Positions 1-8,515 are shown, counted from the stretch's first letter. The stretch is 31,510 bases of DNA from a bacterium (GCA_039793385.1 JBAMLU010000055.1:1-31510), one strand, 5' to 3'. The notes: generated by a model from the sequence alone, not told the origin. Made by a program: numbers and translations.

Positions 1-11
1 GAGGAACGATT

Positions 12-347
12 ATGTCTGATGAGAGGAAGATTGTATGGCGTGGCGTTAGGGATATGCCACCTATGGCAGTTTCGCTTGGCTCTATGAGAATAAATCTCAC
101 GGGCAACTGGCGTAATGTTAGACCTGTTATAAATTATGATAAATGCACAAGATGCATGATTTGTTGGAAATACTGTCCTGAACCGGCGATAGTAATCAAG
201 AAGCCTTATGAGATTGGGCTTAGATTTGATGGCAAGCACGCTGATAAAGAGATACCCGTTGTTGACCTTGACTACTGCAAAGGTTGCGGCATATGTGCGG
301 TCGAATGCCCGGTCGAGTGCATCGAGCTTATAAAGGAGGAGAAATGA
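12..347 (+). CDS. porD: 2-oxoacid (pyruvate-type):ferredoxin oxidoreductase delta subunit (2x[4Fe-4S])
   Basis: TGNWRNVRPVINYDKC start; two ferredoxin motifs CTRCMICWKYCP and CKGCGICAVECP; stop overlaps the alpha-subunit start (ATGA at 344-347). Confidence 0.9.
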   Translation: MSDERKIVWRGVRDMPPMAVSLGSMRINLTGNWRNVRPVINYDKCTRCMICWKYCPEPAIVIKKPYEIGLRFDGKHADKEIPVVDLDYCKGCGICAVECPVECIELIKEEK

Positions 348-1498
348 TTGAGGTTATAATGGGGAATCATGCCCTTTCGTATGGGGCGATGCTTGCACGC
401 GCTCAGGTTATTGCTGCCTATCCTATAACACCGCAGACACAGGTTGTTGAGCTCCTCTCGGAGTTCTGCGCTGATGGTAGGCTCAATGCGAAGTTCATAA
501 AGGTTGAGAGTGAGCATTCAGCTATGGCAGCCTGTATAGCAGCATCAGCAGCTGGTGCGAGGGCTTTCACAGCAACATCAGCCCAGGGACTTGCACTTAT
601 GCACGAGGAACTTCACTGGGCTGTCGGCGCAAGAACACCTGTTGTTCTCGGAAATATCAACCGCGCTATGGCTCCACCTTGGACAATCTGGACCGAACAA
701 AACGATTCCCTTTCACAGCGCGATGTCGGAATTATGCAGATATATTGCCAGGACAATCAGGAGGTGCTCGATTCGGTTATACTCGCATATAAAGTTGGTG
801 AGCAGGTTCTTCTCCCAACAATGATTGTGCTCGATGCTTTCTTCCTCTCCCACACATCAGAGCCTGTTGATGTTCCTGACCAGGAGCTTGTGGATAAGTT
901 CCTCCCACCATATAACCCACCTTATAAACTTGACCCCGATGAACCTCACGCATTCGGTGGACTAACAAGCCCCGATTGGTATTTCGAGCTCCGCTATCAG
1001 ATTGAGCAGGCTATGGTAAAGGCTAAGGAGCTTATTGAGAAAGCTGGGCGTGAATTTGAACAGCTATTCGGCAGATATTACGGGCTCGTTGACCCTTACA
1101 GGACTGACGATGCTGAAATAGTTCTTGTATCATCAGCAACACCTGCTGCTACAGCAAGGATGGTTGTGGACAAACTGAGGGAAAATGGCTTTAAGGTCGG
1201 CAATCTCAGAATCAGGGTGTTTAGACCTTTCCCTTTCGAAAAGGTGATTGAACATTTGAAAAATGCAAAAAAGATCGCCGTACTCGATAGGAATATCTCT
1301 TTCGGGCACTCGGGGATTTTCTACCAGGAGGTAAAATCAGCCTTATATAATCAGGATTTTCATCCGCCAATTTTCGGTTATATAGCAGGACTTGGCGGAA
1401 GGGACATAACACCTGAACTAATAGAGGAGATTTTCATCGAGACGATGCAGAAAGATAAACCAGAAAGCGAAACGATATTTAAGGGAGTGAAACTGTAG
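344..1498 (+). CDS. porA: 2-oxoacid:ferredoxin oxidoreductase alpha subunit
   Basis: GNHA...AAYPITPQT, ESEHSA, TATSAQGLALMHE and GLGGRD motifs. Start moved from the ORF-track 284 to ATG 344, which follows AAGGAGGA and overlaps the porD stop. Confidence 0.93.
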   Translation: MIEVIMGNHALSYGAMLARAQVIAAYPITPQTQVVELLSEFCADGRLNAKFIKVESEHSAMAACIAASAAGARAFTATSAQGLALMHEELHWAVGARTPVVLGNINRAMAPPWTIWTEQNDSLSQRDVGIMQIYCQDNQEVLDSVILAYKVGEQVLLPTMIVLDAFFLSHTSEPVDVPDQELVDKFLPPYNPPYKLDPDEPHAFGGLTSPDWYFELRYQIEQAMVKAKELIEKAGREFEQLFGRYYGLVDPYRTDDAEIVLVSSATPAATARMVVDKLRENGFKVGNLRIRVFRPFPFEKVIEHLKNAKKIAVLDRNISFGHSGIFYQEVKSALYNQDFHPPIFGYIAGLGGRDITPELIEEIFIETMQKDKPESETIFKGVKL

Positions 1499-1548
1499 AG
1501 GTTTTAAAAAGCGGAGCTACCCATTTTAAAGTAATCTAAGGAGAGTGT

Positions 1549-2430
1549 ATGAAACTAACGATCCCCGAAGAGGAGGTAATGAACCCTGGGCATCTTGCCT
1601 GTCAGGGATGCGGCGCAACCTTAGCAATGCGATATTTTCTCAAAGCCACAGGTCCACGTGTCATCCTTGATTTTCCAGCCTGCTGCTGGTCCGTTATTGA
1701 TGGACCTTTCCCGTATAGTGCGGTAGGTGTGCCGTTATTTCACACCGCATTTGAAACGGCGGCAATAACAGCCTCAGGTGTGCGCGCAGCCCTTGATATG
1801 CTCGGCAAGAAGGATGTTCATGTTATTGCATGGGCTGGTGATGGCGGAACATTTGATATTGGTATTCAAGCACTCTCGGGTGCAGCAGAAAGAAACGACA
1901 ATATAATCTATGTCTGCTACGATAACGAAGCTTATATGAACACCGGTATCCAGCGAAGTTCTGCAACACCATGGGGAGCATGGACCACAACCACACCAGA
2001 AAAGCATCCTAAAGAAACACCAAAGAAAGACCTCGTCGCAATAATGGCAGCGCATAGAATCCCGTATATAGCAACAGCAAGCATAGCATATCCCGAGGAT
2101 TTCATACGGAAGGTGAAGAAGGCGTTAACAATTGAGGGATGCAGGTTTTTCCATGTTTATGCGAGTTGTCCCACCGGCTGGAAAATGCGTCCCGAGCTTG
2201 CTGTTCAGGTGGCACGGTTAGCTGTAGAATGTAAAGTATTCCCGCTACTTGAGATTGAAGATTTCGGCGAAAAATGGCGCATAACTAAAAAACCAAAAGG
2301 TCTTCCAGTAACCGAATACCTCAAAATACAAGGAAGATTCAGACATCTCAAGGAGGAGGATATCAAATTCATTCAAGAGATTGTTGACCGTGAATGGGAA
2401 AGGCTTATGAAGAAATGCATTTCGGAATGA
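1549..2430 (+). CDS. porB: 2-oxoacid:ferredoxin oxidoreductase beta subunit (TPP-binding)
   Basis: CQGCG, ACC and CPTGW Fe-S cysteines; TPP motif GDGGTFDIG...DNEAYMNTG; SD AAGGAG upstream. Substrate (pyruvate or branched-chain) cannot be resolved from sequence. Confidence 0.92.
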   Translation: MKLTIPEEEVMNPGHLACQGCGATLAMRYFLKATGPRVILDFPACCWSVIDGPFPYSAVGVPLFHTAFETAAITASGVRAALDMLGKKDVHVIAWAGDGGTFDIGIQALSGAAERNDNIIYVCYDNEAYMNTGIQRSSATPWGAWTTTTPEKHPKETPKKDLVAIMAAHRIPYIATASIAYPEDFIRKVKKALTIEGCRFFHVYASCPTGWKMRPELAVQVARLAVECKVFPLLEIEDFGEKWRITKKPKGLPVTEYLKIQGRFRHLKEEDIKFIQEIVDREWERLMKKCISE

Positions 2431-2433
2431 ATA

Positions 2434-2524
2434 CGGAGAGGCAGGGATTCGAACCCTGGGAAGGGCTTTTGACCCTTCAACCGCTTAGCAGGCGGCTGCC
2501 TTCGACCAACTCGGCCACCTCTCC
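2434..2524 (-). tRNA. tRNA-Ser (anticodon GCT), CCA not encoded
   Basis: Reverse complement folds as a cloverleaf: acceptor stem GGAGAGG/CCTCTCC with discriminator G, anticodon arm GCCGC-CTGCTAA-GCGGT, long variable arm (GAAGGG..CCCTTC), T arm CAGGG-TTCGAAT-CCCTG. Confidence 0.96.
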
Positions 2525-2536
2525 AGCCTATTTCTC

Positions 2537-2565
2537 AATATAAAACCATTCAAATATTAAGTCAA
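2537..2565 (-). promoter_or_regulatory. sigma70-type promoter of tRNA-Ser
   Basis: On the minus strand: TTGACT (2565-2560), 17-nt spacer, TATATT (2542-2537), ending 12 nt before the mature tRNA 5' end. Confidence 0.7.
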
Positions 2566-2590
2566 CAAAATTTTTTGAACTTGCTATAAA

Positions 2591-2631
2591 TAAAAAAACA
2601 ACTTGACATTGAGCCTTAAATTATTTTTCTT
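2591..2631 (+). promoter_or_regulatory. possible promoter of the + strand operon (perfect -35, weak -10)
   Basis: TTGACA at 2603-2608 preceded by an A-tract (UP-like). No good -10 hexamer at 16-18 nt spacing. Confidence 0.3.
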
Positions 2632-2657
2632 TTTCACATAATAAGGAAGGAGCGAGG

Positions 2658-4037
2658 ATGAGAGTAAAGATTTTGGGGGTTTTGTTGTTAGTTATGTTCT
2701 TGTCTTGTTATGTTGCACCGCCGGTTGAAACTAAAAGACCGCCTGAGGAGACTAAACCAGCGGTAGCAACAACACCTGCAGTTCAGGCTCAGGCTGTTTC
2801 CCCGGCTGGTGTACCGAAAGTTTGCGAGACAGGTGCAGAACTTATAGTCGGAACTGATGCACAAGAACTCTATCCAAAGGTTAATCCTGTTGATACAAAT
2901 CTATTAGTTTATATCTCCTGCGGTGGTGGTGAACTATCGAGCTACGATGTATGGACATACAGAATTCCAGAGAAGAGCTCGGTTCGTATCACAACCGATG
3001 GAAACTCAAATGAACTATTCCCGTCATGGACAAAGGACGGTAAATCAATAATTTTCGACTCTGACAGAATCCCTGGTGCTGGACGGACACTCTGGCAAAC
3101 AGAACTTCCAGGTGGAACAAAACCCATTCGACTTCTCCTTTCGGAGTCGCAAGTCGCAATGTACGGGAGCATATCGCAATCACCAATGGGAGCAAAAGAG
3201 ATAGTCTTTGAATCCCCGAGCTTTGATAGGATAAAATCAATTCTGGCATTACCACCGAATTCCTGCGATGATAAGAATTTCCCGCGATATGGTGCGGATT
3301 TCAAGTCAAAGATATGGACGATGAACCCAAATGGCACAGGCCTTCGCTGCCTCCTGGATGGGCGAGACCCAGCATGGTCTCCGCTCGGTGATAAGATAGC
3401 TTACTCATCAAATCTTAACGGTAACTGGGATATATGGGTAATGGAGAGCAAAGGTGGTAACCAAATCCAGTTGACATCATCACCCTTTGATGAGCTTGAG
3501 CCTTGCTGGTCGCCGGATGGTAAGATGATCGCTTTCGCCTCCAATCAGAGCGGGAACTGGGATATATGGGTAATATCAGTTGATGGTGGTCCGAAGATGC
3601 AGTTGACATCATCAGTTGTTGATGAGGGTGGACCGTGTTGGTCGGCGAATGGATACATTTATTATCATTCACTTTGCCGAGGGAACTGGGATATATGGCG
3701 TATACCGGCTCCTCCTCTTCAGGCACCATCCCTTCTTGCAAAATTGGAGAAAAAACTTTCTAAAGAAGCGAGAATCGAGGTGCTTAACGGAACTCGTATT
3801 AAAGGGCTTGCTGCAAAGGTTGCGCAAAAACTCTCGGATATGGGGTATAATGTTGTTAGAATAGGAAACGCAAGAACAAGAAAACAAACAACAACAAAAA
3901 TATACTATTCTCTCGAATACAAAGATATTGCAAGGGAGTTATCTGAAATCCTTCCTCGCGAACAATATATCTTCCCGCGAGGGTTCAAATCACCCGGAAC
4001 TGATATAACAATAATTGTCGGGCGGAATATGCGTTAA
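2658..4037 (+). CDS. Predicted lipoprotein: TolB-like (PD40) beta-propeller fused to a C-terminal LytR_C domain
   Basis: Signal peptide with lipobox-like FLSC; Pro/Ala-rich linker; repeated WSPxGxxIAF/YxS..GNWDIW blades; C-terminal IEVLNGTRIKGLAAKVAQKL..GYNVVRIGNA...TKIYY...DITIIVG matches the LytR_C (PF13399) pattern; SD AAGGAG. Confidence 0.75.
   Translation: MRVKILGVLLLVMFLSCYVAPPVETKRPPEETKPAVATTPAVQAQAVSPAGVPKVCETGAELIVGTDAQELYPKVNPVDTNLLVYISCGGGELSSYDVWTYRIPEKSSVRITTDGNSNELFPSWTKDGKSIIFDSDRIPGAGRTLWQTELPGGTKPIRLLLSESQVAMYGSISQSPMGAKEIVFESPSFDRIKSILALPPNSCDDKNFPRYGADFKSKIWTMNPNGTGLRCLLDGRDPAWSPLGDKIAYSSNLNGNWDIWVMESKGGNQIQLTSSPFDELEPCWSPDGKMIAFASNQSGNWDIWVISVDGGPKMQLTSSVVDEGGPCWSANGYIYYHSLCRGNWDIWRIPAPPLQAPSLLAKLEKKLSKEARIEVLNGTRIKGLAAKVAQKLSDMGYNVVRIGNARTRKQTTTKIYYSLEYKDIARELSEILPREQYIFPRGFKSPGTDITIIVGRNMR
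3423..3698 (+). repeat. Intragenic direct repeats encoding propeller blades
   Basis: AACTGGGATATATGGGTAAT at 3423 and 3555, with its first 15 nt again at 3684; CAGTTGACATCATCA at 3468 and 3600. Period is 132 nt (44 codons), then 129 nt. Confidence 0.9.
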
Positions 4038-4060
4038 ATTTTTACGAAAGGAGGGTTACT

Positions 4061-4345
4061 ATGAGCGAACACAGAGGAGAAAGCGGTTGGAAAGCATTTA
4101 TTAGTGGGTTTTTGGTTGGTGGGTTAATCGGTGCAGGACTTGCTCTTCTTTTTGCACCAAAAAGTGGGAAAGAAACTCGTGAGGATATAAAGCGAGAAAT
4201 AGAAAAACTTATTGAGGCTGGGAAAACTAAAGCAGCGGCAATTAAGGAGGCTCTTGCTCGTGAGGCTGAAGAACTTAAGACGAAGGCTGAAGCGATAAAA
4301 GAGGTCTTGAAAGAAAAGGGAACATCTAAAGAGGAGAAGGTATAA
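4061..4345 (+). CDS. YtxH domain-containing protein
   Basis: FLVGGLIGAGLALLFAPKSGKETREDIK signature followed by a charged coiled-coil; SD AAAGGAGG. Confidence 0.88.
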   Translation: MSEHRGESGWKAFISGFLVGGLIGAGLALLFAPKSGKETREDIKREIEKLIEAGKTKAAAIKEALAREAEELKTKAEAIKEVLKEKGTSKEEKV

Positions 4346-4349
4346 ACAA

Positions 4350-4697
4350 ATGTCTACAGGCGCATTCCTTTTGTTCCTTGCCATTGTTATAGGGTTAGTG
4401 GCAATATTCTTTATCCTCCTTCTAATTCAAATTTTAAGTTTCATAAGCAGGGTGGAAAGGGAGATATTACCTAAAGTTTCAGGACTAATTGGCGAGGCTG
4501 AAAAAAGCGTGGTGAAGGTCAATGCGAAATTGGATCAGCTGGATATTTCCGGTATTAGCGGGGCACTCAGAATAGTTAATGAGTTTGTGGTTTTAATTGA
4601 GCCCGTGATTGCCGGGATGAAATTTGGCTTTAACCTTGCCAAGCGGCTGCGAGCTCTTTTCAAGGGTCATCAAGATGAGCGGTCAGGAAAAATGTAA
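4350..4697 (+). CDS. Membrane-anchored coiled-coil protein, YtxG/DUF948-like
   Basis: N-terminal TM helix then an amphipathic helix (ISRVEREILPKVSGLIGEAEKSVVKVNAKLDQL); adjacent to YtxH, as ytxG-ytxH are in Firmicutes. Family call is tentative. Confidence 0.5.
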   Translation: MSTGAFLLFLAIVIGLVAIFFILLLIQILSFISRVEREILPKVSGLIGEAEKSVVKVNAKLDQLDISGISGALRIVNEFVVLIEPVIAGMKFGFNLAKRLRALFKGHQDERSGKM

Positions 4698-5289
4698 GTT
4701 CTGCGAAAGAAAAGGGAAAAGGTTCTGCAAAAGGGAAAACGGGTATATATGTTCTCGATGCTGCGGTGAACAAAGGGATTTAATGGAATGCCCACCTGAA
4801 TGTGATTATCTGAAACTATGGCTGAAAAGCTTGAATAATCTTCTAAAAAGCCTAAAAAAGCTCGAATATCAGGAAATACAACGTAATCAATTCCAAGACC
4901 TTCAAAAAAACCTCGCAAAACAAACCATTTTCCAGCGCCTTCTTTTTATTTCTCTTCCTGATGGAATATCCTACGGGGATAATGATGTTAGAGCATTTCT
5001 GGCGTATCTGAAGGAATTTTTCAGGATACGAAGAAGCGGCTTAATATATACGCCACCTTTCAATAATCACAAAACAAGATTATGGTTTGAGCAATTTATG
5101 AAAAAGAAAGAGGAATTTGAGAATATTCAATTGAGGCTCACAGATGACGAGTTTTTGGACTGCATTGGTAAAGAAGAAAGAACGCTCGAGTGGTACAAGA
5201 GCAAGCGCTTTGCTAAAAATCCATACTTGACACAATTGATATTTTTCTCTCCAGAAATTGAGGGGAAAAGGATAATACCATCAGTCTAA
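4675..5289 (+). CDS. Hypothetical protein with N-terminal 8-Cys metal-binding cluster
   Basis: CKFC-x7-C-x7-CSRCC-x8-CPPEC. Start moved from the ORF-track 4624 to ATG 4675, just before the Cys cluster. Confidence 0.7.
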   Translation: MSGQEKCKFCERKGKRFCKRENGYICSRCCGEQRDLMECPPECDYLKLWLKSLNNLLKSLKKLEYQEIQRNQFQDLQKNLAKQTIFQRLLFISLPDGISYGDNDVRAFLAYLKEFFRIRRSGLIYTPPFNNHKTRLWFEQFMKKKEEFENIQLRLTDDEFLDCIGKEERTLEWYKSKRFAKNPYLTQLIFFSPEIEGKRIIPSV

Positions 5290-5310
5290 AGGGTAGAATG
5301 GGAATTCATT

Positions 5311-6237
5311 ATGAGGATAGCTGTGTTAATGGGAGGGAGTTCGCCTGAACGAGAGGTGTCATTGAGAAGCGGTAAGGCAATAACTAATGCGCTTCGACGG
5401 TTAGGACACACCGTTTATGAGCTTGATTGGGATGAAACACTTGTAATAAGAAGATACAAGGAATTGCAGGAATTCGAGCTTGTATTTATAGGGTATCATG
5501 GTGGATTTGGTGAGGATGGACATGTTCAGGCAGTGTTAGAGATGCTTGGTATACCTTTCACCGGCTCATCATCGGTTGCTTCTATGCTCGGTATGAACAA
5601 GATATATTCAAAAAGGATATTCAGGCAAGCGGGCATACCAACCCCACCAGGATTTGAGATTGAAAAGCCGGACGGCAACGAGCTTGAAGAGATTGACAAG
5701 ATGATAAGAGAGGATTTCGGTTATCCAGTAATAGTAAAACCATCAACCTCAGGCTCAACGATAGGGCTATCGCTTATTTACTCATCTGATGAGCTTCCGC
5801 TTGGAATAGCCGAAGCGAGGAAATATTCGCGATCTTATATTGTCGAGAAATACATAAAGGGTCGTGAACTTACAGTGTCGATCCTTGCTGATCGTGTTCT
5901 TCCTATTGTTGAAATTGTGCCATCAAAAGGACTATACGACTATACCTGCAAATACACAAAAGGGATGAGCCAATATATATGCCCCGCTGTGCTTGGTGAT
6001 CATATTCGTGAAAAGCTTGAGAGATATGGAATGCTTGCATTTAATTTGCTTGGTTGTTCAGGGTATGGGAGGGTTGATTTTCGTTTTGATGGTGAAAATG
6101 TTTATTGCCTTGAAGTAAATACTCTTCCAGGGATGACCGAGCTCTCTCTTGTCCCTATGGCTGCAAAAGCAGCCGAGATAAGTTTTGATGAGCTTATCAA
6201 CAAAATCTTAAAGGAGGCATTAAAAAGGAAGGTGTGA
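5311..6237 (+). CDS. ddl: D-alanine--D-alanine ligase
   Basis: GGSSPEREVSL, HGGFGEDG, VKP..SGSTIG, omega loop LYDYTCKY (Tyr, D-Ala-D-Ala type), EVNTLPGMT..SLVP. Confidence 0.96.
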   Translation: MRIAVLMGGSSPEREVSLRSGKAITNALRRLGHTVYELDWDETLVIRRYKELQEFELVFIGYHGGFGEDGHVQAVLEMLGIPFTGSSSVASMLGMNKIYSKRIFRQAGIPTPPGFEIEKPDGNELEEIDKMIREDFGYPVIVKPSTSGSTIGLSLIYSSDELPLGIAEARKYSRSYIVEKYIKGRELTVSILADRVLPIVEIVPSKGLYDYTCKYTKGMSQYICPAVLGDHIREKLERYGMLAFNLLGCSGYGRVDFRFDGENVYCLEVNTLPGMTELSLVPMAAKAAEISFDELINKILKEALKRKV

Positions 6238-6238
6238 T

Positions 6239-6667
6239 ATGTTGAACAGAGTGTTCTTAATCGGTCGGCTCGGTAAGGACCCGGAATTGAGATACACACC
6301 GACCGGTACACCTGTTTGTTCTTTCAGGCTTGCAACAGACAGGAAATGGCGGGACAAAAACGGCAATCTGAAGGATGAGACTACATGGCATAATATCGTT
6401 GTTATGGGCAAACAGGCTGAAATCGCAACATCATACCTGAAAAAGGGAAGCCTTATATTTGTTGAGGGAAGACTTAGCACTCGAAGCTGGGATGACAAGG
6501 ATGGCAACAGACACACAGTTACAGAAATTATCGCTCGAAATTTTAGATTCCTCGAAAAGAAAGAGGCAGCTGAAATCCAGCCCGAGGAGTTTCCTGAGGA
6601 ACATCTGGAGCAGGAGATTCAACCTGAACCCCCATCCTCTTCAGTTGAGGATGATATACCATTTTAA
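6239..6667 (+). CDS. ssb: Single-stranded DNA-binding protein
   Basis: NRVFLIGRLGKDPELRYT OB-fold start, KKGSLIFVEGRL, acidic C-terminal DDIPF tail. Confidence 0.97.
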   Translation: MLNRVFLIGRLGKDPELRYTPTGTPVCSFRLATDRKWRDKNGNLKDETTWHNIVVMGKQAEIATSYLKKGSLIFVEGRLSTRSWDDKDGNRHTVTEIIARNFRFLEKKEAAEIQPEEFPEEHLEQEIQPEPPSSSVEDDIPF

Positions 6668-6697
6668 TTTTCTTTCCTTTTAAGAGGTTTGTGAAAT

Positions 6698-7765
6698 ATG
6701 TTCTCAGGGCTCATATTTGGTGAAGTAACATTTTTTTCTCTTGTTATTGAGTTTTTAATTTCAGGAATTTTGATTGTTATTTTTGGAACCCTACTTTCAA
6801 AATACGGTGATATAATTGCTGATATTACAGGGCTGGGTGGCGCCTGGGTTGGAACAGTTCTCCTTGCCACAATAACATCCATACCTGAGGTTGCAGCTTC
6901 ACTTTCATCAGTTACAATTTACAAAGAACCTAATTTAGGTATAGGGAATGTTTTTGGAAGCAATGCGTTTAACCTTGTCATTCTGGCAATCCTTGACCTA
7001 TTGCAGGGAACAGGGGCTTTTACGACAGAAATAAAACTATCACATATCCTTCCAGCCTCTTTCGGTATAATTCTTATAGGGTTAGCAATTATGGGAATTA
7101 TAGCGAGTAAGGTTATTACTCAATATGCATCTTTTATAAGCCTTATTTCAACTGGCGTTATAGCTTTTACTTTTCTTGTTGGAACGAAGATGGTTTTTAG
7201 GTTAGAGCAGTCGGAGAAGATGGAGTTGTTTGAGGAAGATTTTATGGAGCATCCCGTAAAACCACGCCGACTATACCTTAAATTTGCTATCTCCGCTATC
7301 TTAATTGCTGCTTCTGGTTGCTGGTTATCGGTGGTAGGAGATAAAATTGCTAATTTCCCAATAGCCACAGGAGCTGGCACTATAACGCTCGGAGCAACAT
7401 TTGTTGGAAGCATTCTTGTGGCTATTATGACAAGTATGCCCGAGGTCGTTGTTTCAATATCTGCTTTGAAAATAGGTGCTATAGACCTCGCTGTCGCAAA
7501 TGTTCTTGGCAGTAATACATTTAATATGATAATCCTTTTCTTTATGGAACTTTGCTCCGGTTCAACGGGCATATTTGCATTTGCAGATATAAAATTACTC
7601 ATTCCAGCGTTTATTTGTATTATAGAAACAGCGATCCTTATAAGCGGACTTATTTACAGGTCGAAGAGGAGTTTTCTCCTTTTAGGGCTTGATAATCTTG
7701 CGCTTCTTACGGTTTATATCGTTGGTAATTGGGTTTTCTTTAAAGCCACGGTGAAACCAATGTAA
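6698..7765 (+). CDS. CaCA-family Na+/Ca2+ (cation) antiporter
   Basis: About 10 TM helices; two alpha-repeats ATITSIPE...GNVFGSNAFN and AIMTSMPE...ANVLGSNTFN. Confidence 0.9.
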   Translation: MFSGLIFGEVTFFSLVIEFLISGILIVIFGTLLSKYGDIIADITGLGGAWVGTVLLATITSIPEVAASLSSVTIYKEPNLGIGNVFGSNAFNLVILAILDLLQGTGAFTTEIKLSHILPASFGIILIGLAIMGIIASKVITQYASFISLISTGVIAFTFLVGTKMVFRLEQSEKMELFEEDFMEHPVKPRRLYLKFAISAILIAASGCWLSVVGDKIANFPIATGAGTITLGATFVGSILVAIMTSMPEVVVSISALKIGAIDLAVANVLGSNTFNMIILFFMELCSGSTGIFAFADIKLLIPAFICIIETAILISGLIYRSKRSFLLLGLDNLALLTVYIVGNWVFFKATVKPM

Positions 7766-7768
7766 TTG

Positions 7769-8515
7769 CTAATCTACCACATTTTCAAGCTCGCCCGCTT
7801 TTCCCCATCCCTCTTTACCATCCTTAATCCTTATTCTTGCCCATTCGTCGCGCCTTTCAAGTATAACCACTTCTGTACCCTCATGAAGACTAAATAAAAG
7901 CTCGCTTGTCTCGCCTGGTGCCGAACGAACATGAAACTCAGGAGTTATTATAATAGCAGTCCTGGTTTCCCAATCGTCAGATTTCTTAAATGCATAAATA
8001 GAAACAAAAACTAAAAGCGCTATCCCAAAGCCCAGGCACAGATTTTTCAAAATCCTTCCACCGTTGAAAATGGTAAAAATCCCAAATATAGTTGTAAGAA
8101 CTGAAAGGATAATTATCAAAAATATGAGCTCCCTAAACGAGAGAAGACCGATAATTGATGAGTAAATTTTATATAGAAATCCTGTCCGAACCGACTTTAT
8201 ATCATCCCTCAGGAAAGATTCAGCGAATGCAAGATTGTATTTGATTTCCTTGCTGCGGGGTGCAAGAATCAATGCTTTTTTGTAATTAAGTATGGTTTTC
8301 CCGAGCTTCCGCATCTTAAAATAAGCATTGCCAAGGTTATAATATATATCGGGGTTGTGCCCATATTTTTTAATTGCAATTTCATAATACACTGCCGCCG
8401 AATCATATTGAGCTTCCTCGTAAAATTTATTGCCGATGTTGTAAAAATTGTTCTCTGTGGCTCCAATGGGTATAAGTATTGCCATAACAAAAAAGAGCAA
8501 AAGCGTTTTTCTCAT
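7769..8515 (-). CDS. batE: BatE-like protein (signal peptide, TPR, two TM, C-terminal SH3b)
   Basis: TPR (YYNLGNAYFK..LGKTILNYKKAL); SH3-like VRSAPG....LFSLHEGTEV..W.RI...GKEGW; last gene of the bat run. Confidence 0.85.
   Translation of the reverse strand: MRKTLLLFFVMAILIPIGATENNFYNIGNKFYEEAQYDSAAVYYEIAIKKYGHNPDIYYNLGNAYFKMRKLGKTILNYKKALILAPRSKEIKYNLAFAESFLRDDIKSVRTGFLYKIYSSIIGLLSFRELIFLIIILSVLTTIFGIFTIFNGGRILKNLCLGFGIALLVFVSIYAFKKSDDWETRTAIIITPEFHVRSAPGETSELLFSLHEGTEVVILERRDEWARIRIKDGKEGWGKAGELENVVD

Noticed and set aside
1503-1530. TTTAAAA-N14-TTTTAAA inverted repeat between porA and porB
   Set aside because: A 7-bp AT-only stem with a long loop; too weak for a terminator and expected by chance in AT-rich DNA.
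2434-2460. tRNA-Ser 3' end as an integration (att) site
   Set aside because: No duplicate of the tRNA 3' end, no integrase and no obvious foreign segment seen in the window.
3423-3698. Regularly spaced repeats as a possible CRISPR array
   Set aside because: The period is 129-132 nt, in frame, inside a coding propeller; no cas genes are present.
2658-4037. Calling the propeller gene tolB
   Set aside because: It has no TolB N-terminal domain, has a lipobox and LytR_C tail, and has no tol-pal neighbours.
6474-6482. TTAGCACTC, the left half of a CIRCE element
   Set aside because: It lies inside ssb and the right half GAGTGCTAA is absent at N9.
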